Assembly: GCA_963804995.1 (NCBI GenBank)
Contig: CAWDSK010000006.1
Coordinates: 1,088,001-1,152,000, forward strand
Source: an uncultured Acidobacteriota bacterium
GTDB lineage: Bacteria; Acidobacteriota; Terriglobia; UBA7540
Length of the DNA stretch: 64,000 nucleotides
Reading direction: 5' to 3'
A program made the translations under genes and the position numbers. The notes under the pieces are model-generated. The model did not search any database. It saw nothing but the letters and a program-made list of their open reading frames with translations, and was not told the DNA's origin. Positions 40,065 through 50,022 of this stretch are shown piece by piece; positions within the stretch are counted from its first letter, which is position 1, and every line of letters begins with the position of its first letter.

Positions 40065-40769
40065 TTACCAACTTACTGCCTGCTTCCCCACCAACACTCC
40101 ATCTTCAATGTTAAAAATCTCATCGGCCAGCGCGGTGATTCTCGAATCGTGACTCACCATGAAGACCAGCCGGCCTTCCTCGTGCGCAAGTTTACGCAGG
40201 ATTTCGGTAATCAAGCGGCCGGTCTTCGAATCCAACATCCCCGTCGGCTCGTCGGCTAGAATGATTGGCGGGTTGCCTGCCAGGGCGCGTGCCACAGCCA
40301 CCCGCTGCTTCTCACCACCGCTCAGGTCTTCCGGCAGGTGATGCATTCTATTTTCGAGGCCGACGCGCGCCAGCAGCTTGCGAGCCTCGGCATGACCCTC
40401 AGTCCCCCTGAGCCCTTTCAGGTTAAGGGTGGCTTCTACATTCTCGAGCGCCGTGAGCGCGGGGAACAGATTGAATCCCTGAAAAATAAAGCCGATCCGG
40501 TCGCGGCGAACGCGAGGCAAGCGCGCTTCATCGAGTGAGCTCACCTCCTGATCAAAGACATGGACGGAACCTGAGGTCGGCCGCAGCAAGCATCCCATCA
40601 ACATCAGTAAGGTGGTCTTACCGCTTCCTGACGGGCCCATCAAGAAAATGAACTTCCCCGCCTCGAGGTCCAGCGACACGTCACACACGGCTTCCACGGC
40701 CGACTCGCCTTCGCCATAAGTCTTGCTGACGTGGTCAAGTCGCAGAACGGTTTGGGTGGCCACGCACAT
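40065..40769 (-). CDS. ABC transporter ATP-binding protein (LolD/DevA-like)
   Basis: GPSGSGKT, LSGGEKQR, LADEPTG, VSHD. Confidence 0.95.
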   Translation of the reverse strand: MCVATQTVLRLDHVSKTYGEGESAVEAVCDVSLDLEAGKFIFLMGPSGSGKTTLLMLMGCLLRPTSGSVHVFDQEVSSLDEARLPRVRRDRIGFIFQGFNLFPALTALENVEATLNLKGLRGTEGHAEARKLLARVGLENRMHHLPEDLSGGEKQRVAVARALAGNPPIILADEPTGMLDSKTGRLITEILRKLAHEEGRLVFMVSHDSRITALADEIFNIEDGVLVGKQAVSW

Positions 40770-40851
40770 AGGAACTCATCTACCAGGATGCGGACTAGGC
40801 CAACAGCTTACAGTAACTGCTGGCTGATAGCTGATAGCTGTGAGCTGACAG

Positions 40852-41976
40852 CTAGCTCTTAAACACCAGCGCCGGGTCGATTCTTGTTACCTTGTAAATC
40901 GACAGCACGGACGACCACAGGCACATCAGGGCGGTGACGATAAAGATTCCCACCAGCACCGGCACCGGAAGCAGAATCTGCAAGTGCCCATGCTTCATCA
41001 TCTGGATCACACCGTAACTGACTGCCATCCCCATAGCAAAACCGATCACAGAATTGATCAGAGCCTGTTCAATGATGATCTTGTAAAGGTCCCAGTTGGA
41101 GGCGCCAATGGCCTTCAGCGTGCCGAATTCCTTTAAATGTTCCGTGGTGGAAGTGTAGATGGTGTTGGCCACAATCACTGTCCCGATCACCAATCCCATA
41201 ACGGCCACGGAGAGCAGCGCCACACCGGTGCCGGTATTGATCATCCAATAGTCCTGCGACTTCTTGCTGAACTCGCGGGATGTATAAACGTCCACGTCCT
41301 CCACCGTCTCCTGGATGCGCCGTTTGACGGCCTGCACGGAATAACCGGGTGCGACTTTTACCAGCACGTAAACGGTGTTCCCCTTGCTCACGCGGGAGAG
41401 ATTTACCGCGTTCTTGTAGGAAGTAAAAATGTAGGGGCTCTGGATGAACGACCGCGCCCCGCGCACAATGCCCGCCACGCGCACGCGGTGATCGTTGATT
41501 TCTGTTTCGCCTCCGATAGGCAGATTGCCGAGGCGGTTAGTCTCCGCTTCGTCATAGAAAATGGAGTTGAAATACTTTACGTCCTGAGGATTCCCTTTCA
41601 CGATGTCCCAGGGCGCGCCGATCATGGTTTCGGGATCAAACCCCACCATCTGCACCGTTTCCTGGCTCCCACTTGGGGTCTTCCAATAACCGAAAGACAG
41701 CAGGTACTTGATCGCCGACGCTACGCCCGGGACCTCCTGAACCTGGTAGAGTTTCTTTTCGCTAAAGGGCCGGCCGAAATCGAAGTTCTCAAGAGCGCGC
41801 GCCGTAATCCAGATGTCCGCGTCGGTGTGATCGATGAGCACGCTGACGTTGGCGCGAAACGCCAGATAAACGCCCAACTGGACCGTGATAAGCACTACCG
41901 CGAAGGCAATGCCGGCCAGCGCGACGGCAAAACGGATCTTGTCGTGGAAGAGATTCTTGCGCGCAATCGAAACCAT
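40852..41976 (-). CDS. ABC transporter permease (FtsX/DevC-like)
   Basis: ARKNLFHDKIR, EFGTLKAIGAS, IDPALVF. Confidence 0.92.
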   Translation of the reverse strand: MVSIARKNLFHDKIRFAVALAGIAFAVVLITVQLGVYLAFRANVSVLIDHTDADIWITARALENFDFGRPFSEKKLYQVQEVPGVASAIKYLLSFGYWKTPSGSQETVQMVGFDPETMIGAPWDIVKGNPQDVKYFNSIFYDEAETNRLGNLPIGGETEINDHRVRVAGIVRGARSFIQSPYIFTSYKNAVNLSRVSKGNTVYVLVKVAPGYSVQAVKRRIQETVEDVDVYTSREFSKKSQDYWMINTGTGVALLSVAVMGLVIGTVIVANTIYTSTTEHLKEFGTLKAIGASNWDLYKIIIEQALINSVIGFAMGMAVSYGVIQMMKHGHLQILLPVPVLVGIFIVTALMCLWSSVLSIYKVTRIDPALVFKS

Positions 41977-42097
41977 CGTCTGGGGCCTCAGCCACACGAT
42001 TTTAGCACGTCAGGCGCAGCGCCGGTGGCAGTGCTACAAAACCCCTGGGCGCGGCCCGCAGTAATGGATTAAACTGCCAACCCATCGGAGGTGAGAG

Positions 42098-43261
42098 ATG
42101 CGACGGGTGATGATGCTTGGGGGTCTGTGGGTTTTGACGGCCACCCTCGGAGTGGGGCTGTTGGCCCAGGGTGGGCCCAAGGAAGATCGGGTAGTTCGGC
42201 TGATGGAAGAGTACACGAATGCGCCGGCGCCGTCCGGGTATGAGGGAGCTGTCCGCGACTTGGTGATTCGCGATCTGCGTGCTGCGGGCGCGGAGATTTC
42301 CGTCGACGGCATGGGTTCAGTCATCGGCGTAGTTCGTGGCACGTCGGACCGCCCCCGCATCATGGTGGATACCCATATGGACGAGTTGGGTCTTATGGTT
42401 CAGTACATCCGACCGGATGGGTTCGTGGTGTTCAAGACGCTCGGTTATCCCGACCAGTGGCTAATCGATAAGCGTTGGGTCATCCTCACCAACAAAGGAC
42501 CGGTCTTTGCACTGACGGGCGCTCGTGACATGCACGTTTGGCCGGCGGAAGAGCGGCCACGCGGCGTGCCTCGCGAGGACATTGTGCTCGATTTGGGCGC
42601 AACCTCGAGAGAGGAAGTCGAGCAGTTGGGTGTTCGCCCCGGGGATTTCATTGCTCCGGTAAGTCCCTTCACTGTGATGGCCCATAATCGTTACGCCGCG
42701 AAAGCCTGGGATGATCGCGTGGGGTGTGTGGTCATGCTGGAAGCGCTGCGCAAGCTGAAGGCCAGCGGCGCGAAGCTCCCCAACACGACTTATTTCGTGT
42801 TCACGGTGCAAGAGGAAAATGGTCTGCGCGGCGCGCACGTTGCGATCGAATCGGTCAAGCCGGACCTGGGCATCGCGCTCGAACCCGGCATCGGAGGCGA
42901 CGTGCCGGGTGTGCATCCCGATCGAGCGCAGGAGCTGCTGGGAAACGGTCCTGCCATTTTCCTGTTGGATAGTTCGATGATTCCCAACCACAAGCTGGTG
43001 GAGTTCTTTCTACGCGTGGCCAAGGAAAAACAGATCCCCTTGCAAACCGAGGTCCTGTCCGGTGGCTATGGCGAAGATGGCAGCGAGATCCAACGCTATG
43101 GAACCGGCAGGCCGTCCATTCTGCTGACCGTGCCCACTCGTTACACTCATGCGCACACGAGCGTGATCGACCGCCACGACTTCGATGGCGCTGTGGATCT
43201 GCTGACGGAAATATTGGGCCGGCTCAACGCGAGCACCGTGGAGGAAATCTCGCGGTTTTGA
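42098..43261 (+). CDS. M42 family metallopeptidase with signal peptide
   Basis: PSGYE, HMDELG, KAWDDR, VQEENGLRGA, RYTH. Confidence 0.92.
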   Translation: MRRVMMLGGLWVLTATLGVGLLAQGGPKEDRVVRLMEEYTNAPAPSGYEGAVRDLVIRDLRAAGAEISVDGMGSVIGVVRGTSDRPRIMVDTHMDELGLMVQYIRPDGFVVFKTLGYPDQWLIDKRWVILTNKGPVFALTGARDMHVWPAEERPRGVPREDIVLDLGATSREEVEQLGVRPGDFIAPVSPFTVMAHNRYAAKAWDDRVGCVVMLEALRKLKASGAKLPNTTYFVFTVQEENGLRGAHVAIESVKPDLGIALEPGIGGDVPGVHPDRAQELLGNGPAIFLLDSSMIPNHKLVEFFLRVAKEKQIPLQTEVLSGGYGEDGSEIQRYGTGRPSILLTVPTRYTHAHTSVIDRHDFDGAVDLLTEILGRLNASTVEEISRF

Positions 43262-43286
43262 TGGGGTAGCGCTGCGGAACCCTTGA

Positions 43287-43416
43287 TGAAATGTCCTGGT
43301 GAAAAACGTAGGAGGACGGGGAAATTGGTGGGACGTCGCGCGCTATAGCGCGGGGAGAGTAACTTCTGGGACAGTCCCGCTTAGTGACAAAATGTCGCGG
43401 CCCGGCATGTGTAGAG
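43287..43416 (+). repeat. Dispersed 130-bp non-coding element, copy 2
   Basis: Aligns with the reverse complement of 16185-16317. Confidence 0.7.
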
Positions 43417-43549
43417 TAGGGGAGCGAGCCCGACCTCCCCACCCCTCGCCCGGCCGGACGCGCTGATTTTCCACCTCCGACTCTCACGCCAACTCTCGCG
43501 GAGCATCTAGCGCGGCGAAAGCACGTCCGTGCCACGGTGCATACCGATT

Positions 43550-44638
43550 CTACTTTTCAAGTTCCGCAAGGCTGTCAGAGGGAATTTGGAAGGATTCTGA
43601 GCGCAGGATCGTGCGCTTGAACGTGCGGGGCTTGTCGCCGGGCTGATAGAAAATCCCGATGGCGTTGGGATGGCTCGAAAGGTATTGGCGCGCCTTCTCC
43701 ACACCCCCCACAAAGAAAATCTTGGTAAGCGCCTCCGTCTCGACGCCGGTGGGGACGGCCGCGACCGTCGAGAGCATATTCTGAACTGGCCAGCCCGTGT
43801 GCGGGTCCATGATATGGCAATAGGTTTTGCCATTGATCTTGAAAAACTTCTCATAGTTCCCGGAAGTTGAAAGCGCGAAATTCTTCAGGCGTAAAACATC
43901 TGCGGCTTTCCCTTCCTCGTAGGGATCGCGCACGGTGACCTTCCATCCGGGCTCGCCCGGCGGTGAGCCCAAAGCGTAAATGCTGCTGGTTCCACTTGAA
44001 ACCAAGGCCGCGGTCACGCCATTGGAGCGCAAAATCTCCGCCACTTGATCCACCGCGTAACCTTTGGCAATGCCCCCCAGGTCAAGCTCAACTCCCGGCG
44101 TATCAAATCGAATGGTGCGGCGCTCCGGGTCAAGGTGCACGTGCTGGTATCCGATTGCATGGATGACCTGGGAAATTTCCGCCTGGCTCGGCAGCCTTCC
44201 CTGGCCACGGAAAAACCCCCAGCGTTTCATCAGCGGCCCCACGGTGATATCAAACGCGCCATCGGATTCCTGGCTGGCGCGGAGAGAATACTGAAGGAGC
44301 CCAAAGAGCTTCGGCTCCACGATCACCTCGTGCTGGGCGGCCTCGCGGTTGATGACGGAGAGCTCGCTCTGCGGCTGGTAGTTGCTCATCTGCGCATCAA
44401 GCTGGTCGATTTCTTCAAACACCTCATTGACCACTTCCGAAAGGAAGGTCTGGTCGCGTCCATAAGCGACGACGTTGTAAATCGTCCCCATGGCCTGGTG
44501 CGAAGCTTCATAGCGCACCTCCGGACCCTCCGCACGCAGCAGCGAGGCGCCTGCGGAGACCACCAACAGGGTGGCAAGCCACCCGCGCCACGATACGAAT
44601 TTGGTTATCAAAGTGAAGCCCTCGCCCTGCGCTCTCAT
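43550..44638 (-). CDS. apbE: FAD:protein FMN transferase
   Basis: AMGT, GAFDITVGPL, DLGGIAKGYAVD, STSGNYE, HIMDPHTG. The start is approximate. Confidence 0.92.
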   Translation of the reverse strand: MRAQGEGFTLITKFVSWRGWLATLLVVSAGASLLRAEGPEVRYEASHQAMGTIYNVVAYGRDQTFLSEVVNEVFEEIDQLDAQMSNYQPQSELSVINREAAQHEVIVEPKLFGLLQYSLRASQESDGAFDITVGPLMKRWGFFRGQGRLPSQAEISQVIHAIGYQHVHLDPERRTIRFDTPGVELDLGGIAKGYAVDQVAEILRSNGVTAALVSSGTSSIYALGSPPGEPGWKVTVRDPYEEGKAADVLRLKNFALSTSGNYEKFFKINGKTYCHIMDPHTGWPVQNMLSTVAAVPTGVETEALTKIFFVGGVEKARQYLSSHPNAIGIFYQPGDKPRTFKRTILRSESFQIPSDSLAELEK

Positions 44639-44699
44639 CCTGAAGCTCTGCGGGCCCGCTAGTATGACACAATTCGATTCTAAAGGTCTGCGCGCGGCA

Positions 44700-44862
44700 C
44701 TTGGGAGTGGGTAGCAGCAGCTATCGCCTTCCCCCTCCGGTCCAGACGGCAAATTGGCAAGGCGCGGAGGAAGAACCGGGTAGCGCGGACCTTTTTTGTA
44801 GGTCCGCGGTTCTTCCCCCCTGACAACGAAAAGCCGTGGTCCTCAAAAACCGGTCGCTACCT
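44700..44862. repeat. Composite REP element, inverted near-copy of 62421-62585
   Basis: GTAGCAGCAGCTA module, linker, then GTAGCGCGGACC...GGTCCGCG doublet. Confidence 0.8.
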
Positions 44863-44955
44863 TCCTGCGATGACTTGCGTTCTTCGCATGAAGTCCCGGA
44901 AAATAGAGTAGAATATTATCGTAGAATTGCTTTTATCATTACGAGCCAAAGACCC

Positions 44956-45198
44956 ATGACGATCGCGATCCATCCCGAGCTCGAAATAAGACTCCGCGCC
45001 CGAGCGGAGGCCGAGGGAATTACCGTCGAGGCCTATGTCGAGCGTTTGGTCCGCGCTGAGCAGCAGGCAGAGGACGAACTCGAAGCTTTGGCCCTCGAAG
45101 GGCTCCATTCCGGCGAGCCCATCGAGCTGGGGCCGGGTTATTGGGAAGACAAACATCGCCGGTTGGATGAACGCCTCAACAAGACCGGCGCCCGGTGA
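44956..45198 (+). CDS. Antitoxin (ParD-like)
   Basis: 80-aa acidic protein (LEGLHSGEPIE) overlapping the toxin start by GTGA. Confidence 0.72.
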   Translation: MTIAIHPELEIRLRARAEAEGITVEAYVERLVRAEQQAEDELEALALEGLHSGEPIELGPGYWEDKHRRLDERLNKTGAR

Positions 45199-45524
45199 CT
45201 GCCCGCTACGTTATTCGCCCGAAGGCCGATCAAGACCTTAACGACCAAGCTTATTATCTTGCTACGCAAGCGAATCCCAGAGTTGGTCACAACTTTCTCG
45301 TCGCTGCCCACGAAACATTTTCTCTCCTCCCCACACAGCCCAACATGGGATGGCATTCTCGCCTGAAGAATCCTGCTCTTGCGTCTTTGCGAGTGTTTCG
45401 AGTATCGGGCTTCGAGAGGTTGCTCGTACTCTACCTCCCACGCCTGGATGGAGTAGAAATTCTTCGTGTCGTGCACGCCTCGCGAGACCTCGAAGCCTTC
45501 CTGCGTTGCGGTCGTCTGGAGTGA
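45195..45524 (+). CDS. ParE/RelE family toxin
   Basis: IRPKADQDL, PNMG, VEILRVVHASRD. Confidence 0.88.
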   Translation: MTARYVIRPKADQDLNDQAYYLATQANPRVGHNFLVAAHETFSLLPTQPNMGWHSRLKNPALASLRVFRVSGFERLLVLYLPRLDGVEILRVVHASRDLEAFLRCGRLE

Positions 45525-45580
45525 GCAGGGGTCAGCAACACCCCTTCGCCATGGGCGTAGCCTGTTTTTAAATCTTGAAT

Positions 45581-46911
45581 CAGTGCTGTCCCATTACAAG
45601 TCGAACAGGCTCAATTGGATACCTGGATCGACATCGGTAGATTGCTCGTTGAAGTTGGAAAAACCCTCTAAAATCGGGGTTTTTTCGAAGATCGTGACAC
45701 TGAGAATTTCGAGAATTTGATAGAGACTCATGTCCAGCCCGAGTTGCTTTTTGGCGATGGCTACCAGAACGTAAGCCGCCAGGGCGACCCACACTTGCGT
45801 CTTCACGGCGTTCTCGGAGGTACCGTAAAAAGCCTTGATGCGGAGGTGCTGTTTGATCCAGCGAAAGAACAGTTCCACCTGCCAGCGTACCCGATAGAGT
45901 TGGGCGATGAGCAAGGGAAGCAGGGAAAAGTTGTTGGTCAGGAAGGTCAGCCGCGAATCTTTTTCGGCATCGTAGAAGACGATGCGACGAAGTTGATCGG
46001 GATAGCGTTGCGCCGTGCGGATGCCGGTGAGGCGAATGATTTGGTCGCAGCGCAGGCCGCTGGAGCGATCGACCGGGCGCGAGGTGCGCAGGTAGAACTG
46101 CAAGTTCTTTTTGGCGCGCGTAACGAAAAAGGCGCAGGCTTGCGTGAACAGATAGAGACGCGCGAAGTCCACATAACCGCGGTCGAGCAAGTAAAGCGCT
46201 CCCGGTTCCAGGAACAGTTCGTCGAGAAGGTTGACATCGTGCACCTGCCCGCCGGTCACATAAACACTGGTCGGAATGCTGCCGCGCACGTCCAACAGGG
46301 TATGTAGTTTGACCGCACTTTTGTGCCGGCGGAACTTTCCCCAAGGGAAGAGCGACAAGCACAAATCGATGGTGGTCGAGTCGAAGGCATACACGGTCTC
46401 GGACAAGTCCACGCCGAAAGATTCCTCGCGGTAAAGATCGCGCGCGAGGTGAATCAACGCTTGCGCGAAGTCGCGGTAGATGCGCCAGTCGCGAACCTCG
46501 TTGGCGTGCGCCAGCGTGTTGCGCGAAACTTGTCCGCGAAAACCCATATGATAAAGTTTGGAGGGCTGGGCGCGCAGACAAGCTTCGATATCGCGCAAAC
46601 TGCGGCGATAAGTGAGTTGAGCGAACAGCAAGCAAAGGAACTGGTCCCAACAAGAGAAGTCCTTCACGTAACGATTGCCCTGGTAGCGATCGACGCAAAT
46701 CTCGAACTGGTAGGTCGGGAGAAAATCCAAAAGTTGCGAGAAAACACTGCGACCAACATTCATCTGCTGCCTCCGGCTTGGGCTGGGACACAACAGAATG
46801 ATGCCAAAAGAGCCGCAGAAAATTGAAATCGAAAAGTAACATCCCGACCTCTTACTTCTTTTCGATCAAGCAGTTACGGCGATGCGCCCCAACTTTCTTG
46901 GGACAGCACTG
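45581..46911 (-). mobile_element. IS4-family insertion sequence (1331 bp), 9-bp target duplication ATCTTGAAT
   Basis: TIR CAGTGCTGTCCCA at both ends; duplication at 45572-45580 and 46912-46920. Confidence 0.93.
45594..46763 (-). CDS. IS4-family transposase (DUF4372 N-terminus), intact
   Basis: DSTTIDL, KLHTLLD, DRGY, YRVRWQVELFFRWIKQ. Confidence 0.95.
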   Translation of the reverse strand: MNVGRSVFSQLLDFLPTYQFEICVDRYQGNRYVKDFSCWDQFLCLLFAQLTYRRSLRDIEACLRAQPSKLYHMGFRGQVSRNTLAHANEVRDWRIYRDFAQALIHLARDLYREESFGVDLSETVYAFDSTTIDLCLSLFPWGKFRRHKSAVKLHTLLDVRGSIPTSVYVTGGQVHDVNLLDELFLEPGALYLLDRGYVDFARLYLFTQACAFFVTRAKKNLQFYLRTSRPVDRSSGLRCDQIIRLTGIRTAQRYPDQLRRIVFYDAEKDSRLTFLTNNFSLLPLLIAQLYRVRWQVELFFRWIKQHLRIKAFYGTSENAVKTQVWVALAAYVLVAIAKKQLGLDMSLYQILEILSVTIFEKTPILEGFSNFNEQSTDVDPGIQLSLFDL

Positions 46912-46934
46912 ATCTTGAATCTGCAATTTCCCAT

Positions 46935-47216
46935 CTCCTCCGCGGCTCGTCATCCGGCCCCCTGTGCGGAGCGGCTTTCGCCTGGCCATCAAACGCCGGT
47001 GCTCTGATCGGTGGCGTCGCTTTCGGAGTGCGGAAACTCGTTCCCGCTTTTTGCAGGCGGTGACTCGTCACCGGTGCGAAGGTTCGCCGCGACGAGTCGC
47101 GGCGAGCAAAAGCGGCGACGAGTCGCCGCACTCCGAAAGACATGCCTTGCCCCCCTCGTCCCCAAACGGTCATTTCCCGATGTAGTGCCGTGGAGGAGGG
47201 CCAAGTACGCCCACCT
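46935..47216. repeat. Composite palindromic element X, filled form
   Basis: About 200 bp are shared with 54096-54300; both flanks are shared with the shorter form at 49645-49745. Confidence 0.8.
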
Positions 47217-47340
47217 CGGCTCTGCCTGCTGGGCTGAAAACCAAATCAATTTTTGACAGCAGGTAGCCATCAGAGTGTATGCCTTTCACACTCTGCGGTT
47301 CTTAATCTGATAAACATGCACTGTATTATTAACACACTAA

Positions 47341-47488
47341 AAGGCAGGGAACAGGGAATAGGGAACAGGGAACAGAAATTTAAGAATAGGGAATGGGGGC
47401 CAGTGACGAGTGATTAGCAGGAAAGACAAGCGGGGGGCGCGCCCAAGAAACGAAGATCCGCAGAGTCTCGGAAAGCGCGAGACTCTGC
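47341..47488 (+). repeat. Heptamer array (AGGGAAY) plus unique tail, repeated at 53835-53992
   Basis: Both copies continue GGGGGCCAGTGACGAGTGATTAGCA...CCGCAGAGTCTCGGAAAGCGCGAGACT. Confidence 0.85.
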
Positions 47489-47919
47489 ATTGCAACACTG
47501 TAAATTCTGGTTGTTTTGACAAGAATATTTTGCTCCGAACTGACCCCTCACCCGCCTGCGGGCCGAAGCTGAACTTGTTTACTGCTCCCAAGTGCCCCTT
47601 CGGAGGGCGTAGGCCCGTCCCGCGTCCCGATCAAGTGCATCGGGACCACGGTCCACCCTCTCCCCTGCGGAGAGGGCTATGATTTTCTTTTGGTTGCGGC
47701 GCTGCCGCCCTGCGCCAGCCGGCGGCACGAAGGGCCGCGGAGTAGTGTTGAGCTACACACAACTCCACGCTGCTTGCTTGCTGCCCGCACGCCCTGAAAA
47801 CATCAGAAATCGCTCCTGTTTCACTACACTGCTTGCTCCTGCTGTGCTATTGTCTTGCCCGCAATCAAACGGTCGCTTCGCTATCAGTTGTGATGACGGG
47901 TGGCGCGAGGAGGCGGCGC

Positions 47920-48879
47920 ATGCTCAAGAAAGCAAGGATGGTGCCAGTTCTGATTCTCAGGGTGGTCGTTGCGGCTTCCTTCGCACTTCACCCGCTCCCG
48001 GTTTCGGCGGGTCAGACGGCCCCCGAGGTCTCTTCGGAGGATGAGGCTACCCAAGCTGTCTCTTATGTTGAGATCGCGGGGCGTCAAGTGGCGATGTGGA
48101 AGCCCGCCGGTCCGGCGCCGGTAGAAGGTTACCCCCTCATCGTGTTCTCACATGGCTTCAGCCTTTGCGAAACGCATTCGAAGTTTCTGACTGAGGGTTG
48201 GGCGCGAGCGGGCTATTTCGTTCTAGCTCCTCATCATCACGATGGGGCCTGCGGTTCGAAGCATGAAGGGAAGCTGCTTGAAAAACTCTCCAAGCGTCCG
48301 GAGGAACCCTTCCGCAACCCAGACGGCTGGAGCGATGCTACGTATCGCGAGCGGCGCGATGATCTGGAAGCCGTCCTGGATGCCGTTCTCAAAGAAAAAT
48401 CATTCGAGGGTGTTCCGATTGACGGCAGCCGGGTCGGCCTTGCCGGTCACTCGTTAGGCGGATACACCGTTCTGGCGCTGGCAGGGGCATGGCCTTCCTG
48501 GAAGGACCCTCGCGTCAAGGCCGTGCTCGCCGTGTCCCCGTTTTGCATCCCGTTTTTTAAGACCGGCGACTTGGGCCATCTCGGCGTGCCCGTCATGTAC
48601 CAGGGAGGGACGAGCGACGTCGCGGTCACTCCGACGGTGGCGCGACCGGGAGGCGGCTACGAGCTCACCTCGGCGCCGAAGTCCTTCGTGGAGTTTGCCA
48701 TGGCGGGGCACCTGGCGTGGACGAGCGCGGATCCCTTGCACCATGCCCTCATGGAGCGATACGCCCTCGCATTCTTCGATCGTTATCTGAAGGGAGTAAC
48801 GAGCCCCGACCCCTTGGCCGCACTTGTTAATTCTCCCCGGCCCTCGTCCGTGAGACGTTTAGAGTATGCGGAGAAATGA
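47920..48879 (+). CDS. Secreted alpha/beta hydrolase (dienelactone hydrolase / PAF-AH-like)
   Basis: PLIVFSHG, GHSLGG nucleophile elbow, GTSD, GH. Confidence 0.85.
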   Translation: MLKKARMVPVLILRVVVAASFALHPLPVSAGQTAPEVSSEDEATQAVSYVEIAGRQVAMWKPAGPAPVEGYPLIVFSHGFSLCETHSKFLTEGWARAGYFVLAPHHHDGACGSKHEGKLLEKLSKRPEEPFRNPDGWSDATYRERRDDLEAVLDAVLKEKSFEGVPIDGSRVGLAGHSLGGYTVLALAGAWPSWKDPRVKAVLAVSPFCIPFFKTGDLGHLGVPVMYQGGTSDVAVTPTVARPGGGYELTSAPKSFVEFAMAGHLAWTSADPLHHALMERYALAFFDRYLKGVTSPDPLAALVNSPRPSSVRRLEYAEK

Positions 48880-49010
48880 AATGCCCTCAAACCAAGCAGG
48901 AGGGCCAAGCACGCCCACCTTCGCGCTCGGCCAATCCCCCGATAGACTCTGAGGTGCCCGGAGAGGTACAATGCCGATGGAGGCATTGGCGCGCGCTTGA
49001 GGAACAAATT

Positions 49011-49271
49011 ATGATACGCACCTATAAAGCGATCTTGCACGGTGACCATGTGGAATGGATCGACAAGCGCCCCGAGCAGACGCACCCTGTGCCCGTACAC
49101 ATCACGCCGCTGGAAGACATCGCTCTGGGACCAGCACGCGAACGGGGGCAAGCTATGGCTGATGCACTCGCCGCGCTGGCCAGCCGAGGGGCCTTTGCCG
49201 CCATCACCGATCCTGTTGCCTGGCAGCGCGAGTTACGGCACGAGCGCTCGTTACCTACCCGTGAGCGGTAA
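49011..49271 (+). CDS. Antitoxin partner of PIN toxin
   Basis: 86 aa (TYKAILHGD, DPVAWQRELR); TAATG-coupled to the toxin. Confidence 0.7.
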   Translation: MIRTYKAILHGDHVEWIDKRPEQTHPVPVHITPLEDIALGPARERGQAMADALAALASRGAFAAITDPVAWQRELRHERSLPTRER

Positions 49272-49642
49272 TGCTTCTGGATAGCAATATTATCATTTAC
49301 GCCGCGCAAGCTGAGCACGCCACCCTTCGGCAGTTTATTGCCGAGCATACTCCTTCCGTCTCGGTGATCAGCTACATCGAGGCGCTGGGTTACCACCGTC
49401 TGAGCGCAGAAGAACGGCAGTTTCTGGAGCGATTCTTCCAGGCAACTGAGGTGCTGCCGGTGTCGAATGCTGTGGTGCAATGGGCGATCAGGCTGCGGCA
49501 GCGGCGCAGGATGACGCTGGGCGACGCGATTGTGGCCGGCACGGCGGTGGAACATGGGCGTGTCCTTGTCACCCATAATACGGAAGATTTTCTCTGGATT
49601 AGCGAGCTCAAGTTGCTCGATCCGCTTGCAAGGCGCCCCTGA
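49271..49642 (+). CDS. vapC: VapC-family PIN-domain toxin
   Basis: LLDSNIIIY, YIE, DAIVAGTA, THNTEDF. Confidence 0.9.
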   Translation: MLLDSNIIIYAAQAEHATLRQFIAEHTPSVSVISYIEALGYHRLSAEERQFLERFFQATEVLPVSNAVVQWAIRLRQRRRMTLGDAIVAGTAVEHGRVLVTHNTEDFLWISELKLLDPLARRP

Positions 49643-50022
49643 CAAGCGCGAAGGTGGACGTACTTTGGCCTCCTCTGCGGCTCGTCATCTGGCCCCGTGT
49701 ACGGAGCGGCTTTCGCCGTCCCCCAGCGGTCATTTCCCGGTCTAGGAATTAAAGCGGGGGGCTCCGGTCGGGGTGCCGGAGACGAAGCCGGTACCCACGG
49801 ACAGTGCATTTCTGTCCGTGGGCTTTTCTCAGGCGCGATATCCCAAAGGCAATCTTACGTAATCAATCTGAATGGGGCAGGCCGCCACGGTTGCCTTGTC
49901 CAAAGCGAAATTGTTGTAACTGGACCACCGCCTGAAGAACCCACGGTCAGAACTGGTCGCCGCGGCGACACCGTGGCTACGCCGCTCCGCCCCAGCGCCA
50001 GATTCTCACCAAGGGCAAACGA

